Below are positions 50,972 through 63,724 of a DNA stretch of 64,000 nt, piece after piece. The stretch is from Hormiphora californensis (lineage: Eukaryota > Animalia > Ctenophora): assembly GCA_020137815.1 (NCBI GenBank), contig CM035352.1:4836001-4900000 (forward strand), written 5' to 3'. A program made the position numbers and the translations under genes. The notes beneath the pieces are model-generated. The model was given only the letters and a program-made list of their open reading frames with translations. It was not told the DNA's origin and did not search any database. Every line of letters starts with the position of its first letter. Positions within the stretch are counted from its first letter, which is position 1.

Positions 50972-52903
50972 ATGCCATCGCCTTCAAAAACGCAATTTAA
51001 GGTGATAATTCCTTCATCGTACAGTAAAACGAAGCGAAATTACTGCCAGAAAAGTCCGGAAAATATAGTTTCTACTTTTCACAACCTTTCAATTGACGAA
51101 GACCGCCATTTTGATCAGAAACTTGAAAAATACCGTTCAAAAGCGCCTTTGAAACCCCTTGGACTTAGATCGTTATCGAATGATCGGTTAAAACCCACTG
51201 ATCGGCTTGGTTGTAATAAGAATGAATCATCTGGAGGTCAGGACAATGCTTCGGTGACAGAGACACTTCAAAAGTGCTCACATGGCCGAGTGAAGTACGA
51301 TCGTGGGAACAGCTTGATAGAGGATGACACCCCAACGTTTGACAAAATAAGCAACCAGCGGGCGCTTCACAAATTGTGCTCAAAAGAAAACTTAGTAGAG
51401 TTACCAAAAACACGTCGACTTCGGGGTCGGACTGCCCGGTCCCCCTTGAAATATGAGGATACCATCATTGAAAGGACATTAAATTCATCTCTGGCTGCCA
51501 TTGATTCTCTAGAGGTCCTAAATGATACACAATCCCTTCGGGCAATTGAACGACAGTCGAAGCGGAGCAGTACTGTAAGTGCTATATCGTATTACTAATT
51601 TTAAATTTCATCAAAAAAACATAATAAATGTTTTCTTTCTTCTTTATTATACACACGCGGGGTGTGGAGAAACCTGAAACAGGGTCGAGCAAGGCAACAT
51701 TGGAACTTGTTTTAGGGTATCGTAGAACGGGCGATAGAAAGGCAAGAGGAACATTTTCGGTGCTCTGCCAAACAATCACTAGACCGGTTTGAGGAGAGGA
51801 GTGAGCGGTCCCGTGAAAAGATAGCTAGCCAAGTTTCTGAGCTCCAACAGAGGACTGAAAAACGGTAGGTTATACATTATATTTTTTAGTTTCACTTTCA
51901 ATTTAGAGAATAAGGATTGGTTGATTGTTTATTAGCCGCGTATCAATGAGAAAGGTTTTTTCTCCTTCCGGCTGTATGAAAAGAGTAGGCGGGTTTTTTT
52001 GTAGAAGAACAATGCAATAAAACCCTTTCTACTCATTTCGTACTTTCAATTTAGTTTCACTTTCATTATTATATCCACTTGCATAACACCAGCTGGTATG
52101 TTAATTTTCTAAAACACACATGTCTCCCTCTCTCAAGTCCTACACAGTTTTATACATCCCTTTTTCTTGCTATACATTGTTAAATGAAGCCAGTCGGTTC
52201 ATAAATTCACTGCATACATATGGAGCAGCATTGGGTGTTCAGTTATAGCATACCCAATGAACTAACTTGTTCTGCAGAGCAGCTGAGGAGAAGAAACAGG
52301 AACAAGCAGCTCGGGCAAGTGTATCAACTTATATACTTGCTATCTCCGGTATGTATTATTCAATTATTAATATATGATAATCATTCAAATACATGCAAAA
52401 AGTGTAGTTTCATTCCTTTAGAATTTGCCACTCCTTTTTCTACTTATTTAACAGCACATTTGTTTCAGAGATTGTTACTGTTGCTAAGAAGTGCGTCTCG
52501 GATCACAGGCATCCAGAGATCGGAGCTGTGATTTCCGCGCTTGAGGGTCATGTCAGGAAATGTGAGAACCAAACTGGGGGAGCATACAATGCTGTGGCAA
52601 TTGAGGTAAGTCAACTATACCGAAACTTCTGCTTTTGAATTTTTCCACTTCGTAAAATCTTGAGACGTCTATGCCTGATAGATTACTTCTCATCTCGCTA
52701 TTTGGTTCTTGAGCTGAATTCTGAACTTTATAAAAAATATTCCAAAGAGAAAGAGAAAGTTTTCAAAAAATATTCCCAGTATTTATCGACTATCGCTGTA
52801 GAATTATTGTAAATGAACTGATACATCAAGCTGATGCAGTGTGTATATTATGTACACACAGGTACGTGTCTGTAGAACATGTGTTGTTTGTACAACGGTA
52901 GTT

Positions 52904-52960
<57 letters not shown>

Positions 52961-55900
52961 TTCTCTATTTCTCTTTATGTAAGAGTGTATCGGTCGCGGT
53001 CACCGCATGAGGGTAGAAACGATCCACTCTACGTGTTACACATCGTGGGGGACATATCACTATTTTTCATTCCTTCCCAGCCCCCCCCCCCTCCATGTAC
53101 TATTTGATCGTTTTTAACATCATTCTCCATCACAATTCACGACTTTACGAGTATCAATGTGGTACACACTACACACTCTGTACATTGTACATAAAGTATG
53201 ACGTATAGAGAATGTACTCTAGAAATGTAATTTAAGAAATAAACGGCCTCACTATACGAACATTACACCCACATGCCGCCATGTATGTCGCATTTTTTAC
53301 ATTTTACCTCGCACCGTCAAACACACTGGGGGGTGGGGGCGTGTTTCCTACCATACAATTGTAATGGCTTGGAAAACATTACCCAAGGGGGTCCCCATTG
53401 GCCCTCTAACCTACCCCAGTTATCCCCTGGCGGAAATACAGGCGTAATGCCGTGTATAAATTCATACACATGAACATTAACATAGTGTTTCGAAGGAGAC
53501 CAGGAAATGCCCGACTTTAGAAGGTATTCGTACCAAAAACGGAGTGCTGCTAGTATACCTGCTCCTTCATAAATACTTTTGAAGCGATATAACTCCTTCA
53601 TAAATACATTTGCAGCTCTTTTTAGACCATCTGAGCTCCGACCTCCGTAATAAACAAATTGCACAGGCTGTACTTCTTAAACCACTGTGTCATGTTTGAT
53701 TTGCACATGGATAATTCTCAAGTTGCACTCAGTGGCTAAGCTTGCAGCCAACACCAATCGCACAAGTTGCAACAACCTATCATTCCAACCCCTTCTCTGT
53801 CTCCCTGTCTCTCTAACCATCTCTCTCTCTCTCTCAGTCTAAAACTGCATGCAGGAAGTGGTATGTGCACAATCGGTGTGAGCGTGTGTATGTTTGTGGG
53901 AGTTGCAGTAATATATATGTAAGGAAGCAATTCGGCGGTGAATACTGGATATTATAATAATGTTTGAGGAACATTGGGGCCCGGGAGGGGTGCTACTAGG
54001 CTGTTGTGGATTATCAAATTGAACAATCTCATAATAATTCATTCCCTATATTCCAGACACAGATGAGAGTGAGGTATAACCAAGTGTTGGCCCTAGTTGA
54101 ACGGTTGAATTCCGTCATTGTTCGCCTGAACGAAGAGCAACGAAAAGCAGTCTCCGAACAACAACAACAACAACAACAACAACAACCTGCTCCTCCACCT
54201 GCAGTTCCAGCTGCCCCCTCTAATACTACCCCTGCCCCAACGACATCTTTACTCCCACCCCCTGGCCCTACACCTACATATGCTGCACCTGCACAAGGTA
54301 AATTAGCAACTCAGTTACACTGAATAGGAGACCGTCTCATGATAAGCAAATAATAATACAAACCATTTGTTTCAGAGCCAACTGTTCCTGCTGCAGCTCC
54401 ACTAACAACCCCTGCCCCTGCTGCAGCTGCTCCAGCTCCACCTTCAGCCCCTGATGCAGTTCCAGCTCCCCCAACTGACCCAGCGCCTGCAGCAACAACA
54501 AACCCACCTGAACCTTCACCCAGTGTACCCAGCTCTGAGGCCAGTACTGGTGGTGGGGTTGTATCCAAGGCCAATGTCGCTGAGTTAGTTGAGGCTAACA
54601 TTGTTGGTAGTGCAGCTTACGAGGAGTACCAGCGGTTGGACAAACAACTGAAGGTATTTTGAGGAATAATTTCAAACACGGGAGTGTGATTTTAGGCGAT
54701 AATAATTGGTCAACTTTTTGATCAAGCACATTATAATTAGCGTGTTTTGTTCATAACCCTGTCCCTCTTGCCCTCTTACTCCTAACACACGTCTCTTTTG
54801 TTTTGCGTGTGTGTGTAGCTATTGAATAATCAAAACTCTGTAAGACCCTTTATTGTCGTTAGTAGCTCAAGAGCTCTCTCCAGTTCATATTCCCCGTTCT
54901 AATCCTCCCTCCATGTCCCTATTTATTATTGCCATCCTCTGATCTAACCCTCCCTCTAGGCCGTGGAGACGGGGCTACAGAACTTCCTCAAACAAACGGA
55001 CAAGGATATTGTCAAAATGAGGTCACAACTCAAACTAATCACTGTGACGCCCATCAACACAATCAGTGCCAGCAGCCACGACCATATGGCCACAAAGGTA
55101 GGTCTACATTTGAAACTATCAGGGAGTAACCAACTAGCATGCTGTACTGGATATTGTATGGTGTAGTTGTGTGTGATGTTGTATAATGTATAAATTGGGT
55201 ATATTTTGTACATTGTGTAACTGAGTAATGAGAGGAGTGTTGAGGTGTATTTAACTGTACAATAAGACACACACATGTGTTCCTGAAATTGTAATAAGAG
55301 AGATCATATTTCAGAAACATCTGCAGTATGCTGCTATGCCAGTATAATATGTGTGTGGAGAGAGATTCCACTGATAGGAGAGAGAGAGTAGTCATCAGTA
55401 CTCTATATAGAATGCATGTGTAAATGACATATTGTGTACATGACATGTGCAGTACAGTCGGACCCCGATTCACCGGAACCCCGATTTACCGGGAGGATAA
55501 ATTTCCCACGATTTAGGAAATTAACGGTATTTGACCCCGATATACCGGACACCCCGATTTACCGGACAAAACCCTTTCCCCCGAGCATCCCGGTAAATCG
55601 GGGTCCGACTGTACATGAAATGGGAGTTTAATGATGCGGGAAGCCTCAAAGAATGGTTTCCAGGATAGCTACTTTCGTGGGTTCATTTATAATCGATGCA
55701 TTTTATTCTGGGCATACAAGGTCATTACAATAGAAAAAACTGCCCTAGTAATACATTCCAATATCATAAGTAGCTGGGGGAATTATGCCCTCCATCTTTC
55801 TGATCCACTTTCTGTGCATTGTACTACTTTCCCAATTTGCACTTACCAAATTAAGCTAGTTAATCAAAAATTCTCTTTGATCACCCTTTCTGACCTCTCG

Positions 55901-58114
55901 CAGGTAAAAGAGATTTCTGGTATTCTCCGTGGTAAGAAAGTTACACGAAATATGCAAGTAACCGATTCAGGGATAAATTCCACTACCCTAAACTACTGTA
56001 CACTTACTGCAGCCATCAAGTTTGTGGTACGTTCGGAGGCTTGGTTTTGGTTAAGTGCGAGAAAGGAACGTATTTTAAGTAGTTTTACATTACCAACGGA
56101 TACAATTCATAGCAGTCTGATATTGTTTTCAACACATTCACACAGGAACAAGCGTGCGAGCAAGTAGGGAACGCAGAGAACCTCATCCCAGCATACAGCT
56201 TTGGGACGGTGTTAGCTGGGATCTGGCAGCAGAATGCTCTGTTTGGGGAGTTATTCTTGGCGCAGTTACACCGGCACTGTCCCTACACTGTCCCTGCTTA
56301 TTGGAGTAGAGGGAAGGAGGAGAGTAACCACGAGTATCTCAAGTAAGGGCTATTATTGTTGGGCCCTGGATGTTGCCTGGTTTCTATAGAAATTGAAAAG
56401 TTAAGAGGAAGGATACTAAAATATATTGGGAGAGGCAGGTCTGCATATATGCAGACCTGCCTCTCCCAATCTTCATCAATCTCTGTCTCTTTCCACCCAT
56501 CCCTGCCTGACAATATCGCTTTCGTCTTTCAGTTTCGTCTTTCACTTGAATGTCCTCTCTCATTCCCCACATATCCCTCTCTCCTCCCTCTCCCCACATA
56601 CATATGATATCTCTCTCTCTCCAAGCCAGCAAAGTGCTTGTGTAGTAATTCCAGTCCAGATCTAGTGTTGATAGCTCCATACACCAAACCTTACATCACC
56701 CACCCCTTACTATATGCTGGTGTAGTAGATTATTGATCAATTTTATACGCTTTTTATTCACATGTCAACACACATCAACTTTTTCTTGATAGAACCTATA
56801 TTTTAAAATCAATTCATATTGCGTCTAATTAGAATAACTCTAGTGTACAGGTCCAACACTCTCTACCTTGAAGCTAGCACCTCGCAAAACCCAACAAACT
56901 CTATCTCTCTCCAGGCGGCTGGGTTACTCTGAGGTGGACGGTAAGTTGGAGGAGAAGGAGAAATTCCTAAAAAAGATGGAAGGGTGCATAAAGTTGTACG
57001 GTGCTGTTATCACTGCCACACCCCCTTACCAGGGAAAGGTGGGTCTTGAACTTTTTTAACTTCTTTTTTCATCACTTTATCGTTTTTACATACATGTACC
57101 TATCACTCCAGTCTTGAACTTCAAATCAAATTGTTTTACACTATTTGCAGTAAATCTTGAGAACATTAATCGTTGCATACGCGTTACATACATAATGATA
57201 TCATGATGTTTTACACACCAATTACACTCCTACAAAGGACAAAGGTGTACCTCAATATATGTGTCTGCCAGTCCCATTGTTCAATATTCTTTTTTCACAT
57301 CCATTGCGGTAAAAGTTAGCTTGTAACATTGTTAGTGGCGTGGCGGCTGTTACTAGTTCCCCCACTATATTTTAGTGGAGCTTATTTTCTGTAATGTATG
57401 TTTTTTGTCGTTGCTCATTACATTCCGTCGCTGCAATGAAACTGCACAGAACAGTCCTACTCAAAATTATATTCTCTGACTAATTTGATTGTCTAACTCA
57501 GATTAATACGAAAATAGCCACAACTATTATATCTCATCTTACTACTACCGCCGCATCCGGCTTACTCTCCTTGGATTCTTTTTTGGGTTTTTCGTAGTTT
57601 TATCTCAGGCTGTTTTGTGTATACTTTACACACATTGGCTGACACAATAAAATGTAACACACACTCCCTACACCAGGTAAGCCCATGCGGGATATCACAT
57701 GGATGGATTTGGCTGTCTCGGGTGCTCAATATGCAGCCTATCCCTGATATCACTGCAACGGTGCTGCACGCATTCCTGGTGACATCATCCCACGCCATGG
57801 CCAGGAAGTACGGGACTCAGTTCCTGAAGTTGTTGGACCTCATGCATCGCGTGTATCTTCCAAAGTAAGTGCTTTATGATGTTAGTAACACCTCATTAAT
57901 AAAACAACCCAGAAATGGTCTAAAGTAAAGTTCAGGCATCCACTAGTGGATCACTAACATCCCCCTCTCTCTCTCTCTCTTTCGCAGGATGGAAGAGGTA
58001 TCAGAGAATTTCGGCCCTGTAACTCGACTTAAGTTATTCCTTGAGAAGGCGATCAAGGATCGCTCATTCCCTGATCCTGATGGGGTGATTACGGAACATA
58101 TTATTCCCATTTGA
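50972..58114 (+). CDS. GLE1: mRNA export factor / nucleoporin GLE1, 12 exons
   Basis: Exons 50972-51574, 51716-51864, 52278-52348, 52469-52605, 54057-54297, 54376-54653, 54960-55097, 55904-56026, 56146-56342, 56915-57038, 57677-57864, 57988-58114. GLE1 motifs: LHRHCPYTVP, LGY...E..EKFLKKMEGCIKLYGA, HGWIWLSRVLN..P...TAT, YGTQFLKL, GPVTRLKLFLE. Confidence 0.9.
55455..55611. mobile_element. 157-bp Tc1/mariner (pogo-like) MITE, TA TSD; remnants also at ~1272-1313 and ~7897-7940
   Basis: TA|CAGTCGGACCCCGATT.ACCGG ... CCGGTAAATCGGGGTCCGACTG|TA. Confidence 0.9.
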
Positions 58115-58327
58115 AGAAGAAGTAAGGAGGAATTGATATTACAAACTGTTGATCAGTGTTTGGTAGCGAGGATGAATTTTTACCGGTTTTAATGTCACAT
58201 ATTTTTACCCATGATTTTCAGTATTATTTATATTTTGACGACCAATAATTATCTCGCCCTTTCTCTTTTTTTTACTGCTGCTGATACCCCGCCTTGCTCG
58301 TACCCTCTCACTTCTCAGACAATATCA

Positions 58328-60716
58328 ATGATTCCCTACGAAAAACAGGCCTTACTCGACCTCGCCTCGGAGGATTGTTTACTGATATTCGGCGATGGGA
58401 TCCTATACGAGAATATCCTCCTTGGTTTCCTTGAATCCCACCTTGATCCAGGGAACCTGGTCCTCGTTGTGGAATGTCCACAACACCTAGAGGATTGGCT
58501 GATTGCCAAAATGTCCACATCGCCCCATCCTCCTCATAAGATTACCGCAGAAGTAACGATCGATAAACGGGCGGAGCACTATCTTGACGGAGGGGTTAAC
58601 TTTATATCCCGAAGGATTCTGGTTATTGATCTCCTCCAAGACAGACTACCGGCTCATCTTGTCACAGGGAATGGTGTTCCTGAACGCACATTTTGTGTCA
58701 GATATCTCAATCGAAAGTTTCATAACAAGACTGTACAGGAAGGGAAACACGAGTGGTTTTATAAAAGCATTTTCAAGTTCTCCAAACGGGATTTCCCGTG
58801 GTGTCCAAGTAGAACAGACTCTGCGTCATTTATTTCTTCCCCGATTTCACCTTTGGCCACGGTTCCATGCCAACATTAGCGAGACGGTGGATGCTCACAA
58901 GTGTGAAGTGATTGAACTTCACATCCCACTTTCTGAGCCAATGAAAGCTGTACAGGCGTGCCTTGTTGAGCTTCTTCAGTTCTGTTTGAAAGAACTGCGC
59001 CGGTTGATTCCAAGTATAGAGGCAGATAACTTTTCTATTGAAAACGCAGTGTGTAGAAACTACTACCGGTCCCTGAAGAACCTTCTAAAGCCTGTTTGGG
59101 GGAACCTAGGAACAAACACTAAACAGCTTCTTGAGGACGTTGGCACGATCTCATCACTAAACAATCAGCTGACGCAAGAAAACGCAGTCAAGTTTCATGA
59201 AGCTGTCCGGAAGTTACGGCCTATTGGCCACAGCCGACAGAACTCATTCTCGCTTTGGATGTTCACCGATTCATTTGAGCGGCTTCTACGGGTCAGCAAC
59301 CAAAGGGTGTCAGATGCAGAGGAGAAGGATTCAAAGATTGAGTTGTCCCAAAAATGGGAAGCGGTTCAAGAAGTACTAGCAGAAATAAAAAGCGACACGT
59401 CTAACCAGAGTATTCTGTTCTGTGTCTCTACTGTGGCTACTGCAAGGCAGGTTGTTCGCTACATAAGACAGGGAGAAATCGCCTCGTTGAAGGAGGAGCT
59501 AAGTTTGTCGCAACTGAAAGGTCCTCGTGAAGATATTGAGGAGGTTGAAAATGAAAGCGGTGATTTTGGGCTGGAAACCTCTCATAACATTCATTTTCTT
59601 ATCAGCAACCGGTATACGATGATCCAGGAACATTTGGCAGCTCTTAACCCCACTTACGCAATCCTCTACGATCCAGATCTGTATCTTATCCGGTCTTTGG
59701 AGATGTTCCGGTGCCGTAGGCCTGGAAAACCCCTTCGTATTTACTTTCTTCTCTACGATAATTCACTGGAGGAGCAGCGGTACCTGACACAGATATCTCG
59801 TGAAAAAGAGAGTTTTGAGAGGTTGATTCACCTGAAGAGTACCCTCCCCGTGCATACAGACCAAGATGGGAAGCGAGGACTGAACCCCCTTCTGGAAAGA
59901 GGTGAGAAAAGTCTGAAATTCGCTGATTTAGAACAAGAGGAAGACACACGGAGAGAGAAGAAAAATGAGAAATATCCTAAAGTTATTGTAGATATGCGTG
60001 AGTTCCGGAGTTCGCTTCCCTCCATTCTCCACAAGTCTGGCCTGGACATCGTTCCAAAGACTATCGAGATTGGGGATTACATCCTCACGCCCGACACTTG
60101 TGTTGAAAGGAAGAGTATTCCTGATTTGATCGGCTCTCTATCCAGTGGCCGGTTGTTTCTGCAATGCACGGCCATGTGTGCCAGCTACAAGCACCCCATC
60201 CTGTTGATTGAGTTCGATGAAAGTAAAGGGTTCTCGCTTCAGAACTACTCTGCTGTAGGAGACTCCGTAACATCTTCATCACTCCAGACCCAACTTGCAC
60301 TTCTCACCCTTCATTTCCCTGGACTCCGGATGCTATGGAGTCAGTCCGAGTATACGACTGCCAGCATGTTTCGTGAGCTAAAAAAGGGTAAACCTGATCC
60401 GGATACCAAGACTATTCCGTCAACTGACACCGCTGAGAGTTGCAGTGGTGAGTTTGACCAGAGTCTTATCAGCACACTACTAGAGTTGCCCGGTGTAACG
60501 CATGCTAACTACTTCCTACTGGCCCGACGATACCCAACACTTTCAGCTCTAGCACGCTCCCCATTGGATGAACTCAGTGCTGTCCTGGAGAGTAAGGAGA
60601 ATGGAAGGAAGTTGTTTGAGTTTCTAAATAGAAACGAGCCCCTAACTGCTACAGAGACTGTGAAAGCAACATCTGCGAAGAGTAAATACTCAAAATTTAA
60701 GAAGTTCAAGAAGTGA
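58328..60716 (+). CDS. ERCC4: DNA repair endonuclease XPF (ERCC4/Rad1/MEI-9), intronless, one apparent frameshift at ~58667
   Basis: GGVNFISRRILVIDLL, GFIKAFS, LWPRFH, IYFLLY..SLEEQRYL..I.REKESF, IVDMREFRSSLP, nuclease GDYILT..CVERKS..DLIGSL.SGRL, C-terminal HhH (LPGV). Confidence 0.95.
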
Positions 60717-61663
60717 TGCAATGTAGTTTTTATTATCATGTACATTAATTTATATTTTTATTTTTTAACAAGTATATAATTCATTATTCAATGTTTGACA
60801 CCTTGCTTTTGATATATGATATAAAATATACAATGTATGTCATGCACTGTACTGCTTGCAAGAACGAGTAGGTGAACATGAGTGTGTCTACTCCCATAGA
60901 AATCGTGCTATCATGCATTAGGAACAAAGTGAACTTACTTTTGTAGTAGTACACAGTTCCACAATGTGTGTGCACTCCTTCTTTTATCACCCTGCTTACT
61001 ACACTACACGTTACTACTCTCCCTCTTAATATTTGGGCCTATTTCTGGAAAGACCTTTGTAGATCTTCAGAAAAATAGGCCTCTGAAACACACTAAGTAC
61101 TTTGAAGTCCGTCTTCTATAAAAAAGAGGTCTGAGAATTATGTATACGCATTACGCAATATGTTGATAGAATAAGTTATGAGAACGCAGACGAGAGAACG
61201 TAGATTTATCATACATTATGTATGTATAAGGGGAGCAGATAAACCTAAATTAAGACATAGAGGAAGGAGAGATATTCTAAATTCTAATGCATTTACATCA
61301 TGAAATCATGGTCCTTTAGTCTTCCATTAAAATGTATGCTGGTTTTGCTGTCACATTAACATTTCCAAATATGAAATAAACTAAATGCATTTAGTAACCG
61401 CAGTTTCTCCAGCTCCCATTTTCTTTTTTAGGGAATTCTCCCTGTTCAGATGATAAACCTTACCCCTTGTTGTTTGTTGTCCAGATATATCCGTGCTACT
61501 TTTGACTTTTGAATTCCGAATTCCCTCCAACCCCAACCCACCCCTTTTTAGTGTCCGTTACCCGTTACCCGATACCCCATTTTACTAACCCACCAATTCT
61601 TCCCTTTTAGCTCACATCCATTAGCTATACACCTCTCTCTCTCCACACCTCCTACCACGTGAT

Positions 61664-62872
61664 ATGAAGTTTATCTACCGAGCTGTTCTCGCGGGAGTCA
61701 TGATGCTAGTCCTCTTAATCTACTACTTCGGTTTTTACAACGAGGAATCCCTTCCTAAAATGGATTATATTAGCGATAGATTCGGCGAGGAGTGCGAGTA
61801 CCAAGGGACAATATATAAGGAGGGCCAAGTGTTTACGCAGCCCTGTAAGGAGTGTTACTGCTCCTTTGGTCAGATTGAATGTGCTGAGGTGCACTGCCAC
61901 GAAACTAAGAACACCTTAGGAATGGATCTGATACAGAGGTCTATCCAGGTGTTGATACCCACCCATGTGAGGGTCTTTCCCGGGACTGTCGCGGTCATGA
62001 ACTCAGTTCTTGAGAACACCAAGTCGCCGGTGAAGTTCACCCTAGTTCAGTATGAGCACAACCAGTTTGATGAGAAACACTTGAGGAACTGGATATCAGG
62101 GTCCGGGGCGAGGTTTGCTAACTATCGAATTGTTCCCAATAATGAGGACTTGTTCTACACCGAGGGCAAGTTTAGTGAGTTTTTCCAGCAACTTCGGTTG
62201 ATAAAAAAGTCACAACGAGATCGGTTTAAGAAGGTGATTAAAGAGATGAAAGGGAATGTAACTGCAGCCCTTCTTGTCCTCTCTGACCTGCTACCACAGG
62301 AGCACAAAGTCATTGTCTTGTCGAGTAACGTTATCGTCAAATCCGATATCGCCCAGTTTTTCAATCTAAACATGGGCGAATACAAGGTGGGAGCCATCAA
62401 TTCCTGCCACGGGTACTGCCACTATTCAACCTTCTTCTCCGATTACTTTAGGGACTCAATTCTGGAGCCCCGGGAGATAAAACCCACCGAATGTGCACTG
62501 TCGGTGGGGGTGGTTGTGGCTAATTTAGACTTGTGGATCAACACGGAAACTCAACTCAACATGTACACGCTCTACCTTTCCCTCCTCAAGCGGAGCTCCG
62601 AAATGTGGTCCCTAGGACAAGAAAACGTGTTCCTTTCCTCCTTTTTGTTACAGTTCGCGGGCAGGTTTTATGACCTCAATAACAATTGGCGAATTTGTAG
62701 CCTCTCCCCCGAGCACGTGCCACGTGCATCTCAGCTGGAGCAGGCGGAGGTTATAAATTGGGGCAGTCAGTTGCCATGGACGTTAGAGCCAGACTCTCCC
62801 TCACTAATGCTGTGGAAACAGTATTACCACCCCGATCCGACGGGACTTTACCGGTTGTCACAGGGCAGGTAG
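61664..62872 (+). CDS. Type II membrane protein: VWC-like module + glycosyltransferase family 8 (GLT8D-like) domain lacking DxD
   Basis: N-terminal TM; CEYQGTIYKEGQVFTQPCKECYCSFGQIECAEVHC; AVMNSVLENTKSPVKF, KVIVLSSNVIVKSDI, GVVVANLDLW, A.VINW...LPW, LWKQYYHPDPTG. Confidence 0.8.
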   Translation: MKFIYRAVLAGVMMLVLLIYYFGFYNEESLPKMDYISDRFGEECEYQGTIYKEGQVFTQPCKECYCSFGQIECAEVHCHETKNTLGMDLIQRSIQVLIPTHVRVFPGTVAVMNSVLENTKSPVKFTLVQYEHNQFDEKHLRNWISGSGARFANYRIVPNNEDLFYTEGKFSEFFQQLRLIKKSQRDRFKKVIKEMKGNVTAALLVLSDLLPQEHKVIVLSSNVIVKSDIAQFFNLNMGEYKVGAINSCHGYCHYSTFFSDYFRDSILEPREIKPTECALSVGVVVANLDLWINTETQLNMYTLYLSLLKRSSEMWSLGQENVFLSSFLLQFAGRFYDLNNNWRICSLSPEHVPRASQLEQAEVINWGSQLPWTLEPDSPSLMLWKQYYHPDPTGLYRLSQGR

Positions 62873-63021
62873 CGATGGGCGGGATAGTGGGATATATTCA
62901 CGATGATAGTTATATGTTGTGTTTCGGGGGTAGATAAAGCAACAAGTGTTTATATAGTTGTGTGATCTGTCAGACTGTCAGCAAGATGATATCAGCAGAG
63001 CTATTCTTATCTTCGCCCTGT

Positions 63022-63724
63022 CTAATAATACCAGCTCAAGGTTTGGGCCATCACCGTCTTGTGTTGTTTCTTATCTTGAGCCAGGTACTGGGCGAAGACT
63101 AAAACTATACTACTCGCTAGCCATTGTAAATCCATTCAGTCAAATTTTGGTTTTTTATATAACTACGTTCTTTGGTTTTTATTGTAGTAGCTTACTGTAC
63201 ATTGAACTGTGAGTATACTGAGTATGTAAACTGGTTTGAATGGAGCTTTATGCATAAAGTTTAATGGAATGTGGTCTAACAGAATTTAATCTAGGATGAT
63301 TATGCGTGTGCCATAGAAACGGTATTTCAGCATCTCAGTTGTAACCATGGATACCAAAAGTTACATGTTGTGTTCATATTCAGAGAGCACCGTGTCCTCT
63401 TGATATTTGATCCATAAAATTAGTTTCTCTCTACCTATCGTTTCTTGGGGTCAGTAGTGTATTACGCATGTTTTTAGTCAGATCTAAAGTTTAGTAGGGA
63501 GGGGTCTAGTCTAACACACAAAATGAGCATTTCAATACCAGGAACCAACCGAATCAGGAAATACTGGTCCCTGATTGGCTGATAACCAGTCACGTGACCT
63601 AAATAACGAGTTTTGATTGGTTGTTTACTTGTGTCGGTTGGTTCCTGTTCCATACTCACTTTCTTGTGTGCTGACTAGATCCCCCCTTTAAGAAGTTGTT
63701 TGTCTCTTGTATGATGTGATTATC
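63022..63724 (-). CDS. Tentative 3' exons of an unidentified minus-strand gene (63724-63660; 63098-63022)
   Basis: CTACAG|DNHIIQETNNFLKGGSSQHTRK|GTGAGT and TTTTAG|..FAQYLAQDKKQHKTVMAQTLSWYY*. An intervening exon is needed and was not resolved. Confidence 0.3.
63539..63647. mobile_element. 109-bp MITE
   Basis: TIR CAGGAACCAACCGA / TCGGTTGGTTCCTG with an internal GTCACGTGAC palindrome. Confidence 0.85.
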
